DNA of 64,000 bases from Octopus sinensis. Lineage: Eukaryota. A program made the translations under genes and the position numbers. Location: contig NC_042998.1 in NCBI RefSeq assembly GCF_006345805.1, positions 113,522,001-113,586,000 on the forward strand. The letters run 5' to 3'. This document shows, piece after piece, positions 40,017-51,491 of the stretch. The notes beneath the pieces are model-generated. The model made no database searches, was not told the origin of the DNA, and saw only the letters and a list, made by a program, of their open reading frames with translations. Position 1 is the stretch's first letter. Every line of letters starts with the position of its first letter.

Positions 40017-40705
40017 CATATGAAAATGTATATCTATGTATGCATATGCATACTCGTTTATTTAGTTGTCTCGAAAGATATGTGTATTTGTATGTTTGTA
40101 TGTGTGTGTATATAAGTATACGCACGCACACACACGCACATACACACACACGCGCGCACATAAACACACACGCACACATTGCTATGAAGGAATCGAATGC
40201 TTTATTTTTTTGAAATTGTTATTGACAAAAATGGACCATTGTTTTTCTCTTCTTAGCACTTTCTGACTGGCACTGGACTTTGTGACAAGAGGCAATGCAA
40301 CCGCTTAAATAAAGAAGGAACAGATTGGAAAATGTTATCTCGAAGACAGGCAATCACGAAGAATATTGAGTGGTGTTTTTCTACTTCTTTGAGCGCCTTA
40401 CATTGTCTAAATGGAAAGATCAGAAATTCAGCGTATCAATCAGGAGAAACATATGCAATTTATTGGATATATATTGTGAGAAAATTAATTGAATATTGCC
40501 GGACAAGCAGCGCTAATGTCATCTCTCACCGATACATTTCGCTGTGTGTATGAGTGTGCCGTGTGGGTGTGTGTGTGTGTGTGTGTGTGTGTTACATGGA
40601 TACACAATCATATATTGATATAAATATATGTGTGTATATGAATATACATAAATACTGAATGTGCGTATATATATAAAATATATAATATATATTATATATA
40701 TATAT

Positions 40706-40774
<69 letters not shown>

Positions 40775-40802
40775 TATATATATATATATATATAGTTATT
40801 TT

Positions 40803-40834
<32 letters not shown>

Positions 40835-41142
40835 ATATATTATATATATAATATATATAGATATATATATAATATATATAGATATATATGTAATATATGT
40901 ATATTGTTGATGTGTATGTCCAAAGGTGTAAAAGGAAGTATAATGTATAAGATGGGTGACGTGCACATACACACATATATAATATATATGTACATTAATA
41001 TATGTATATAATATATATAGGTAGTTACATACATATACATACATATATGTATACATATATATATATATATATACATATATATATACATATGTATATATAT
41101 TATTTATTTACATGTATGATATATATATATGTATATATATAA

Positions 41143-41177
<35 letters not shown>

Positions 41178-41593
41178 TGCAAATATGTGTATATATAAAT
41201 CTGTGTATATTTATATACATGCACACATACACGCACACAGACACATCATACAAATACACAGACACACACAGACGCACACAGGCACACATACACATACACA
41301 CGCACAGACGAACACATACACATGCACACACACACACCCATCCACCCACCTGCCACACAAACAGAAACGATGAAGTTGAGATGAAATCTGAAATATGTTG
41401 CAGGGTGGAGATTATGGTCAGTATAAATCAGAAGAGCTGAATGGAGACAAAAAAAAAATGTAAATAAAATAATAAAAAAATATGTCAATAATAAGATCAG
41501 CTATACACACACACACCACACACACGTGTATATATATATATATATATACATTTATATATATATATAAATCAATATATATGTATATATATATAG

Positions 41594-41632
<39 letters not shown>

Positions 41633-41661
41633 TATGTATGTAAATAACTATATATAAATTT

Positions 41662-41714
<53 letters not shown>

Positions 41715-42132
41715 TATATATATATTATTTTATTTATATACATACGTACATGTATATATAAGCGTGTGTATGTATATATATGCATACATATATGTGTGTA
41801 TGATTCATTGAGAACAAAGTACTGGTAAAATTGAAAACTACGCTGCTGAGTTAATAAAGTCTTCGTAGATTGACATGAAGATCAAGATTCGCGTGTGTAT
41901 GTGTGTGTCGGGCATGTACGTGTGTGTAGGAGGGAACTGTGAAGTTATGAAGTCCAAGCTATTATCATGGACAATAACCCTTGAAAGATAGGTGAATATT
42001 CCCTGCTGAGAATCGAAACCTTGTTGTGGACTGAGATTAATAATAAAGAATGATTTCTTACTGTGGCATAAGGTCAAATAAGGTTGTTGTTGTTGTTATT
42101 GTTGCGTAGTGTACTTTTATTGTGATTATTCT

Positions 42133-42345
42133 CGGTGAGCTGGCAGAATCGTTAGCACACCGGTCAGAATACTTAGCAGCATTTCGTCTGTCTCTACGGT
42201 CTGAGTTCAAATACCACCGAGATCGACTTTGCCTTTCATTCTTCGGGGTCGATGAAATAAGTACCAGCTGAACGCTGGGGTTTGATGTGATTAACTATCC
42301 CCTTCACCTAAAATATTTTTGTGCCTATAGTAGAAAGGATTGAGC
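42133..42345 (+). mobile_element. SINE family B
   Basis: GGTGAGCTGGCAGAATCGTTAGCAC...GAGTTCAAAT...TTCGGGGTCGAT. Confidence 0.8.
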
Positions 42346-42600
42346 ATTGGGGTCCATGTGATCGACTTGCTCCAGCTCCCCCAAATTTGAGATCTTTTGT
42401 CAATAATAGAAAGGATCATTGTCTTCAAATTGTGGATTCTTTATTGTAATACTCCAAATTCATTGAACTTTTCTTGTTACATTATTGATATTTTCTTAAC
42501 TAGCTATGCTACTCATGTAAACCTCACTGCTGATAGAAGAGAAACAACTTACGCATATCTGTGGTTCATTGCGCTCGTTTCCTTCTGCTGATAGAGTTCT

Positions 42601-42848
42601 AGATGTAAAAAAGACCACAGTTTAACCAGATATCATCAGGGTTATTTTATACAAAAAGCTAATACTTACCTATTTTTTCAAACGAATTCACATTGGTGGT
42701 AAAAAAACATACTGAATAAGATAGATGAGGACCGCATCAATTTTATTCAGTATGTTTTGAAAAAATATGTAAGCGTTAGCTTTTCATATAAAATAACCCT
42801 GATGATATCTGGTTAAACTTTTTTTTTTTACATTTTTGTTTTACATCG
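42601..42848. repeat. Nested fold-back (outer ~65-bp arms, inner ~16-bp arms)
   Basis: AGTTTAACCAGATATCATCAGGGTTATTTTATA mirrored; inner AAAACATACTGAATAA / TTATTCAGTATGTTTT. Confidence 0.8.
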
Positions 42849-43170
42849 TTAACATGGTTCGAATCCTGCGGATCTGAAATATTTCTCACCTAATGACCAG
42901 ATTGAAACAAGTGTAGGCACTTTTTATGCCTTTTTCCGTCAGTTAATGTTCCTTTAAAATTTTTTTTGTATGAAATGGTTTTATCGTGATACAAATACAA
43001 TAAATACCCTGTATATATTCTTCTCCATTTTCTTATATAAATATAACTATAAATTGGAGTGTTTATCCCTATATATTGTGAAAATGTTCTCAATATTATC
43101 ATCGATAACACCAGTTGATCTTTGGATTTCATAATCCCCAAAGAGAAAATTACATCCTCAAATTGACTCA

Positions 43171-43240
<70 letters not shown>

Positions 43241-43254
43241 TATAATTATATCTT

Positions 43255-43620
43255 CTTTTATTCTTTTATTCTTTTATTTGTTTCAATCATATGACTGCGG
43301 CCATGTTGGAGCACCGCCTTAGTCGAACAAATCAACCCCAGGACTTATTCTTTGTAAGCCTAATGCTTATCCTATCGGTCTCTTTTGCCGAACCGCTAAG
43401 TAACGGGGACGTAAACACACCAACATCGATTGTTAAGCGATGGTGGGGGTACAAACACAGACACACAAACACACATAAACGACAGGCTTCTTTCAGTTTC
43501 CGTCTACAATATGCACTCACAAGGCTATGGTCAGCCCGATGCTATAGTAGAAGACACTTGCCCAAGGTGCCATGCAGTGGGACTGAGCCCGGAACTATGT
43601 GGTTGGTAAGCAAGCTACTT
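43255..43620 (-). mobile_element. SINE family A, 5' end missing
   Basis: Continuous homology from the tail to GTAGCTTGCTTACC; the head stops at the junction with the ORF1 element. Confidence 0.85.
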
Positions 43621-45021
43621 TATTTCATAAAATTTGTCATCATAGACAGTACAAAGAGTGTGTAGCTTTGCGGGCTGTCCAAACACATTAATGAATGAAA
43701 ATGAAATAGAATGAAACCCAACACCCACCGATTAGATTTTTCTCGAAAACATATTTTCTTTTTTTAAAAGATCAATATGAGGTTTCAAACCTCTTACAAG
43801 AAGGAGGCACTAAAACCTCTTACTTAACATGTCTTTTTTTTAAAACACACAATTGGGGTTATAAACCACTACAAATAATACAATAAGATGAGGTTTCAAA
43901 CCCTATAACGAGGGTCTTTCACCTCCTACTCTTCAATATATCCATCGATATATTCATCATTATCTTCAATGCCGCTTGAGTTCCTGTATCCCGCCATTTC
44001 CCATGCCTCACTCATGTAGGACATGTAAGTCGTGTAAGGGCCACCCGGCCATATGCGACACTCCTCCCCAAATCTTTTAAGCCTTTCCCACAAGGGAAAC
44101 CTTATGACCCCCACAGCTATCTGCGGAGGCCAGTTCTACTATGTTTTCCACCTCCCCGCCCTTATAGAAAAAGATAATTAATTGATCATCTTTAAGGGTG
44201 GGGGTCGTTTCTTCAACCGTGGGTGGCACAACTTCGGGACATGCAGACGGCACATCATTTCCCCGCTGAGATGACCCGCTCTTCTTCCTTCTTTTTTTTC
44301 TTTTCTTCCTGACTTCGGGAGAGTGGAGCTCTTCCACTTTGTCCGGAGACTCCCTCCCCGCCTCCCGAAGCCTTAGGTTCCTTCGGCGGGCAACTATTGT
44401 TGCCCGCCTTCTTCCTTTTTAATCCTTTTTGAGTTGAGGAAGCTGAAGCCTCCTCGACCACATCCACCCCTCCCTTTGACCGGGTAGGGGAGGTGGCATC
44501 TAGTGACTGTTCCAGGACCTTACCATGGTCCTGGGGGCAGTTCTTTTTAATGTGGTCTGGCTGCAGGCACGAGTGACACTTGGGGGGACGTCCCTCAAGT
44601 ATCACCGGATACCTGCAGCCAGCCATTTTCAAGAAATCTGGAAAAACCAGATCTGTTGTGGCCGATGTGGTCCACAGGGTCAAAATCGCTTTTGACCCTT
44701 CCCAGTCCCCGTTGGATGGTATCTTCAATCCAATCCGCTTCGGTGCCTGGGGGTAACCCACATACCCAGGCTCTTATTAATTTCCTCTCGCAATATGACG
44801 GAAGGAACAGAATTTCCTTGCCTTCTAAAGGCTGGCTCGCAAACTGGCGAGCCTGTTCCTCGTTGTCAAACAGCAACCATACGGTTGCATGTTTGACACC
44901 GCGGGATATATATTTTATAGAGGACAAATAATCTTTAAGTTCATTTTTTATAACTTTTTATAACACCGCGGGATATATATTTTATAGAGGACAAATAATC
45001 TTTAAGTTCATTTTTTATAAC
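43619..45021 (-). mobile_element. Tx1/L1-type ORF1 (gag-like) element with 3' UTR and AATAAA, no ORF2
   Basis: Frameshifted ORF1 with knuckle KCHSCLQPDHIKKNCP (CX2CX4HX4C), stop at 43926, ~300-nt tail ending CTTTGTACTGTC...AATAAA. Confidence 0.8.
44896..45021. repeat. 59-bp direct duplication (period 67)
   Basis: ACACCGCGGGATATATATTTTATAGAGGACAAATAATCTTTAAGTTCATTTTTTATAAC at 44896-44954 and 44963-45021. Confidence 0.95.
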
Positions 45022-45026
45022 ATGTT

Positions 45027-45090
45027 TTGGGAAGACGGTGATGGAATTAAGAACTTTCTAAAGTTCTTAATTCCATCACCGTCTTCCCAA
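45027..45090. repeat. Perfect 31-bp inverted repeat with 2-nt spacer
   Basis: TTGGGAAGACGGTGATGGAATTAAGAACTTT-CT-AAAGTTCTTAATTCCATCACCGTCTTCCCAA. Confidence 0.95.
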
Positions 45091-45300
45091 TCATTCTCGC
45101 GTGTTCAGCATTCATTCTCGCTATTCAATATATATATAAACACACACACACACACACGCACACACACACACACGCGCGCGCGCACACACAAATCACACTC
45201 ACACTCACACACACACACACACACACACATTCACACACACACACACACACGCACAAACGCACGCACACACAAACACACACACACACACACACACATAGAC

Positions 45301-45450
45301 ATGGGCATGATTATGTGATAAGAAGCTTGCTTCCCAACTACATAGTTCCGGGTTCAGTCGCACTGCGTGGCACATTGGGCAAGTGTTTTCTACTATAGCC
45401 TCGGGCCGACCAAAACCTTGTGAGTAGATTTGGTAACCGGAAACTGAATA
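45301..45450 (+). mobile_element. SINE family A, 5' half
   Basis: GTGATAAGAAGCTTGCTTCCC...GGTTCAGTC...CTATAGCCTCGGGCCGACC. Confidence 0.8.
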
Positions 45451-45457
45451 TACATGG

Positions 45458-45498
<41 letters not shown>

Positions 45499-45856
45499 CT
45501 GTGCGTGTGTGTGTGTGTGTATGTGTGTGTGTGTGTGTGCGTGTGTGTGTGTGTGTATGTATATATATATATATATCTTTAAAAGTTCTTGTGAGTATTA
45601 TTTGATACAGTTTTATTAAGTATAAAAAGGAGTTAAAATATTATTTTTTAAAAATGTCATAAATTCTTTATCAGAACATCGTTATACATACACACATATA
45701 TATATATACATATATTTATCGCTGGTATTTATAGAGTGTTAACCATTTTCAGTATGCAAATTAGGGACTCCTTCATAGAGTAACTGCTGCATTTGTTGAG
45801 TATATCAACAGTTTGGCTGCTTTTTTTATTATCTGGAGGCTATCGGAATAATGTAG

Positions 45857-45904
45857 ACGCCTCTGATGAGAACGCAATAAAGTTCGAAAATCGATTAAGG
45901 TTGT
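45857..45904 (+). ncRNA. Minimal type I hammerhead ribozyme
   Basis: CTGATGA core (45863-69), stem II GAAC/GTTC with an 8-nt loop, GAAA (45886-89), stem III AA/TT around a TCGA loop (palindrome AATCGATT), UUA triplet, stem I CCT/AGG extendable by G-U pairs. Confidence 0.85.
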
Positions 45905-46753
45905 TCATAATTTTTTTTCCGTCTGCAGGGAAATGGCTAAAGTTTTCCCTACTTATAATTATACTATATGTTACATAAATATATACGTGTGTGTGTATTA
46001 AAGGTACAATTGTGCTCAAGAATTTTCAATTCTTTATGTTTATTTCGGAACAGTAGATTTTCTAATTCTATTAATATTTCAAGATCTTCTCAGTTTCATT
46101 ATTTAAATGATATGGTCGTGATGTTAGCGGATAATTCGCGTGCTTCACCACAGACGACAAACTAAGATAAAAGCTATTATAACTGATATAGTATAGTTAA
46201 CATTGGGGTCAAAATCATTCACCAGTTAAGCCCTGTTAGATTTCAAGGTTATTTCACGAGTGCTAGATATATGCGCTAATTTTATGGATCTGCATTATGC
46301 ATTTAATAAAACATTTGTAGTTTGACTGCTTTTTTTCGGTTTTGTGGAATTCTTTAGATAATGGTAATGCTTTTCTATCTAATTTTACATCGTGCATTGT
46401 ATCATAATATCTTTAAATGATCCTTGTAAATTCCTGGTCAACGGACGAGAAGGCGTCGTACTTATTTGTCTGGTGTAACATTTTGAGTTATAAAACTTAC
46501 AATTTTCTTTGGAATTCAGTTACAAAATGTCTCTTTGCTTGCACACACTCACCACGCGCGCGCACACACGTACGAACACATACACACATACAAAATATGT
46601 AAGTATAACCAAGAAGGTTAAAACAGTACTCATTGCCAAGGGGAGAGTGTTACTTACGATTATAACACCCAGCTGTTATAATCATACGTACACATACACA
46701 AATATGTTCATACATACATAATCACACACACACGATGTTCATACATGTATATG

Positions 46754-46785
<32 letters not shown>

Positions 46786-47204
46786 TGTATGTATGTATGT
46801 ATGTATGTATGTATGTATATATATATGAATGTATGCATATTATTATAGATTATTATATTTATGGCTGTGGTTATTTTTCATGTTTGCTTGTATTTTTGTC
46901 AGTTTTCCGGTTCATATCTGATCTTTGTAAGTTTAAAGTAGTTTCAAAGAAAAAGTTTACAAGGATTTAGAAGTCTCGTCGGTGTTTGGCATCGTCAGGA
47001 GGTAAGTTGTGTACTTACCATTCACAATCTTGAGTCATTCATGCCTTTTTGTTCACACGGGAGACGTGTTTTAAGTGTGATATGGACGGGTTAGTAGTAT
47101 CAATGGCGGAATATGAATTTTACAAATAAATGGATTAGAAAGTGAAGTTTGTTTCAAATGAAAGGAAAGGCGTTTGTCCGAGTAAAGGAAAGACTAAAAA
47201 GGAA

Positions 47205-47337
47205 AAGGAGAAGAAGAAGAAGAGGAAGAAGACGAAGAGGTAGAAGAAGCAGAAGAAGAAGAAGAAGAAGAAGAAGAAGAAGAAGAAGAAGAAGAAGAAG
47301 AAGAAGAAGAAGAAGACGAAGAAGAAGAAGAAGAAAA
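47205..47337. repeat. (GAA)n microsatellite
   Basis: Direct inspection; accounts for the poly-Arg/poly-Leu ORFs. Confidence 0.95.
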
Positions 47338-47362
47338 TTAAAATTGATAACAGTTTGCATGT

Positions 47363-47690
47363 GGAGGCGCAATGGCCCAGTGTTTAGGGCAGCGGACTCG
47401 CGGTCGGAGGATTGCGGTTTCGATTCCCAGACCGGGCGTTGTGTGTGTTTATTGAACGAAAACACCTAAAAGCTCCACGAAGCTCAGGAAGGGGGTGATG
47501 GCGACCCCTGTTGTACTCTTTCGCCACAACTTTCTCTCACTCTCTCTACCTGTTTCTTGAGTAACGCTGCGATGGACTGGCGTCCCGTCCAGCTGAGTGG
47601 AACACATACGCCACAGAAACCGGGAAACCGGGCCCATGAGCCTGGCTAGGCTTGAAAAGGGCGACGAAACAGTTTGCATGACACCACTAA
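47363..47690 (+). mobile_element. SINE family C (tRNA-Arg-like head), body type 2
   Basis: Same head; body contains GCTGCGATGGACTGGCGTCCCGTCCAG (V-domain-like). Confidence 0.85.
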
Positions 47691-48002
47691 GATTGCCGGC
47701 CGCAAAACCGAATAGTCCAGAAACAAAGCAAGAGCAAGGTTTCCAGCTTCGCAATGATGCGAATGTTATTTCAGAATTTCTCTTTCCTTAAGAGATGCCT
47801 AAACAAAGACTAAGGGTCTCTCACTCCCAGTTGTTCGATTGCTGTTGACTTCTACGGCTTGATCATGCGACAGGTTGTGCTGGGTTACATGTTACCTCTA
47901 GCACTTGCAGTACATACATACATAAACACATACGTAAATATGTACATACTTACGCACGAGCGTATGCACATATATACGTACATACATACATACATACATA
48001 CA

Positions 48003-48033
<31 letters not shown>

Positions 48034-48492
48034 GGCTGTGGAGTTAATCGGTCGTCCAATTTAAAACCCCCTTTTTAGTACTTGGGTATCATTAACGGAG
48101 ATCATTCTATTGCACGCATTCGGAGCAAGTTTCTTGTCAGAGCATAATATCTCTTATTTACCCATCAGTCTCGGAGGTGGGGGCGTGGGCGTTGCCCTTC
48201 CTTCCATGAGTAAAGAATCTCAGTGTTGTACAGAGATTTGTGTTCTTAATGTAATTAAACCGAAGGTAGAATAAGCGTGACACTATGCGTAACAAACCCT
48301 GTGCTTGGTACAGTCTATCTGTATATACGATTTCACTTACAAGACTCAGGTCAACTCGAGGACAATGGTAAAAAATACATGGAAAAGATGCCACGTAGGA
48401 GGATTGAATTTGGAATCCCATGGTTGGAAACTGAACTTTCTAACCGCACAGCAATGTCTGCAACATACCTGGTATATATGTATACCGTATAT

Positions 48493-48830
48493 GGCGCATA
48501 GTTCAGTAGTTAGAGCGTTGGGTTCACAATCATGAGGTAGTGAGTTCGATTTTCGGACCAGGCAGTGTATTGTGTTCTTGAGCAAGACATTTTATTTCAT
48601 GTTGCTACAGCTGTAGAAATGGGTTGCGACGTCACTAGTGCCAAGCTATATCGGCCTTTGCCATTCCTTTGGATAACATCAGTGACGTGAAGATGAGATG
48701 CTGGTATGCATGGGCGACTGTTGGTCTTACCATAAACTATTCTGCCTGGACTTGTGCCTCGAAGGGGAACTTTCTAGGTGCAATCCCATGGTCATTCATA
48801 ACCGAAGGGGGTATTTACCCATTACTCTAT
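48493..48830 (+). mobile_element. SINE family D (tRNA head plus CORE-like segment)
   Basis: GGCGCATAGTTCAGTAGTTAGAGC...GAGTTCGATT...GTGTTCTTGAGCAAGACA. Confidence 0.7.
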
Positions 48831-49086
48831 ACATACACACACAGGTACACGCACGCAAGCGCGCACGCACGCACACACACACGCACACACACATACACAC
48901 GTTCTTGTTCTACTGGTAACCGGTGATCCAGTATAAAAGGAGAGGAATAATCTCAAACACATTCAAATCTGAAGAGTCTGCAAGAGTAGATGCACGCGCT
49001 GATATATGATTTATAAAAACATGTGATATTAATAAAAATCTGTAAAAATAAAACCATCCATATTTCTAAGTACCTTATTTCTTCTA

Positions 49087-49468
49087 GTGGCTGTGTGGTA
49101 AGTAGCTTGCTAACCAGCCACATGGTTGCGGGTTCAGTCCCACTGCATAGCATCTTGGGCAAGTGCCTTCTGCTATAGCCCCGAGCCGACCAATGCCTTG
49201 TGAGTGGATTTGGTAGACGGAAACTGAAAGACGCCTGTCGTATATATGTATATATATATGTGTGTGTGTTTGTGTGTCTGTGTTTGTCCCCCTAGCATTG
49301 CTTGACAACCGATGCTGGTGTGTTTACGTCCCGTCACCTAGCGGTTCGGCAAAAGAGACCGATAGAATAAGTACTGGGCTTACAAAGAATAAGTCCCGGG
49401 GTTGATTTGCTCGACTCAAGGTGGTGCTCCAGCATGGCCGCAGTCAAATGACTGAAACAAGTAAAAAA
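49087..49468 (+). mobile_element. SINE family A, near full length
   Basis: Near-identical to 62291-62700, lacking the first ~9 nt. Confidence 0.9.
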
Positions 49469-49479
49469 AAATATATATA

Positions 49480-50370
49480 TTGATAGAAATGGTAAGACAA
49501 CAAAAGAATGAAAGAGACCTCGATATTATGTAGAACAATTTATCTGTAAATATAATATGTGACAATTACTCATGGCTACCGAATAATTTTATATGCATAT
49601 AAAACAATTGCAGCGTGGAAGGTGTTTATAAGCCATTTAAAAACAGACAAATAACCCGTTAGATTCACTTCAACATTTAAATTTAGTTTGTGTCAAAACA
49701 GTTTCGTCGCTTTGAAACCGCGACTTGTTCACTGACAAAACTTCGTGCTGCATCTGAGAAAGTAAGAGTTTGTTCATGATATATATGTATGTATTTATGT
49801 ATGTGTATGTATATGTGCATGTATGCATGTACGTATACATGTGTACATGCGTATGCATGCGTATACGCCTATACGCGTGTATATATGTATGTATGTGAGT
49901 ATTTAGGTATGTAATTGTGTAGACGTGCCTGCGTGTGTGTATATGTGTATGTATATGTTAACGTATGTTTATGTAGTGATATGTGTGTCTGTTTAAGTTT
50001 TATATATATATATATGTATACATATGATAATAATATTAGGGAGTATAACTCCAAACTCACAGGGAAAAATTCAATTTAGTATTAAATCAAATCTCACAGT
50101 ATAAATATATAAAATATAAATTAGAGATAAAACCACTATTATGCAACTCAAACAGTGATAGACATAAACAAATACATTTAATTGCAGCCATGAAACGTAC
50201 GTAGTGTTTTTACTTATTATATTATATATTTATCATTCATTTTATACTTTTTGAGATCTAGTTATAAGTTATATGTTTTATAAAAATATATATTTTTTGT
50301 TATTTATGTATTGGTTTATGTCTATCACTGTTTGAGTTGCATAATAGTGGTTTTATTTCTAACTTATATT
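49480..50370. mobile_element. Composite non-coding dispersed repeat with hammerhead-like motif and internal inverted repeat
   Basis: 49600-49740 matches 21188-21320; 50031-50177 matches 121-256 in reverse; 50113-50178 and 50300-50365 are inverted copies. Confidence 0.6.
49686..49742 (-). ncRNA. Hammerhead-like motif, G3:C8 core variant, second copy
   Basis: Minus strand AGTTTTGTCA-GTGAACA-A-GTCGC-GGTTTCAAA-GCGAC-GAAA-CTGTTT-TGACACAAACT; stems conserved, loop II differs, stem III has a mismatch. Confidence 0.45.
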
Positions 50371-50440
50371 TTATGTATATATCTGTATATATTTATATAT
50401 ATATATATATATATGTGTATATATATACATATACATATAC

Positions 50441-50569
<129 letters not shown>

Positions 50570-50639
50570 TAAAGGATAAAATCATTTTATCAGGTCAGCA
50601 CGAAAATAAAAGCGTTATAGGTATTTTTTTCAAATATTG

Positions 50640-50832
50640 TATTAATAATTATATACATAATTATAACAAGGGATTCGCAAAAATGCCTCTTTGTTATTTT
50701 TCTTTTGCTTGACGGCAACCTGTCTTTTCAGAGTTTTTAAGGTGATTTTAATGCCATTTGACGTCTATTTTCAGCGTTTGGAAAGGCCTGTTTGCCAATC
50801 TCTTGTTATAATTATGTATATATTTATTAATA
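50640..50832. repeat. MITE-like element with ~42-bp TIRs
   Basis: TATTAATAA.TATATACATAATTATAACAAG.GATT.GCAAA mirrored at both ends. Confidence 0.7.
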
Positions 50833-50868
50833 TAATATAATATAAAAATAAATATATATAATATATGC

Positions 50869-50961
<93 letters not shown>

Positions 50962-51039
50962 CCTCCATCCATCCATCTCTCTCTCTCTCTTTCTCTCTTT
51001 CTCTCTCTCTCTCTCTTAACTTTTAGTTGTTTCAGTCAT

Positions 51040-51391
51040 TTGGGAATCATAGCCATAAGTGAGACCAGACTCCACGAGCCACGGGCCCTAAAGCCCATGT
51101 TTGGCGGACAGTTTAACATTTATTTCGCTCCCTGTCTGCCGAGGATGGGCGGTAGTGGCACCGCGGTACTTTTTCACAAGAGCCTGGATCTCGAAGTCAA
51201 GACGATATTCGTAGACCCGGAGGGTAGACTGATCGTTCTGGATGTTGACGGCAGCAATGGGTGCGCTTTTCGACTCGTATCAATCTACGCACCGCCCTTA
51301 ACAGGTCGGGCGGATTTCTTTCGACGTCTAGAAGTATTCTTGGGAACGTCTCGTCCTTTACTCTTAGTGGGGGATTGGAATGCTACCTGGA
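51040..51391 (+). mobile_element. Tx1/L1 ORF2 AP-endonuclease N-terminal fragment
   Basis: IIAISETR...GTAVLF...GRLIVLDV...VSIYAP...LLLVGDWNA; ends at the assembly gap. Confidence 0.85.
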
Positions 51392-51491
51392 NNNNNNNNN
51401 NNNNNNNNNNNNNNNNNNNNNNNNNNNNNNNNNNNNNNNNNNNNNNNNNNNNNNNNNNNNNNNNNNNNNNNNNNNNNNNNNNNNNNNNNNN
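51392..51491. other. Assembly gap (100 N)
   Basis: Run of N; different retroelements lie on either side. Confidence 1.

Noticed and set aside
40257-40553. Open frame after a good acceptor
   Set aside because: No donor or recognisable domain; the opposite strand shows faint LINE RT-like words.
47363-47440. Possible tRNA-Arg(TCG) gene
   Set aside because: No proper acceptor stem or terminator; continues into a SINE body shared with 21360-21737.
47149-47469. Poly-Arg and poly-Leu ORFs
   Set aside because: (GAA)n repeat plus SINE head.
48160-48210. GC-box-like GGGGCGTGG and possible first exon MEGRATPTPPPPRLM on the minus strand
   Set aside because: Too short to distinguish from chance; no CpG island or downstream link demonstrated.
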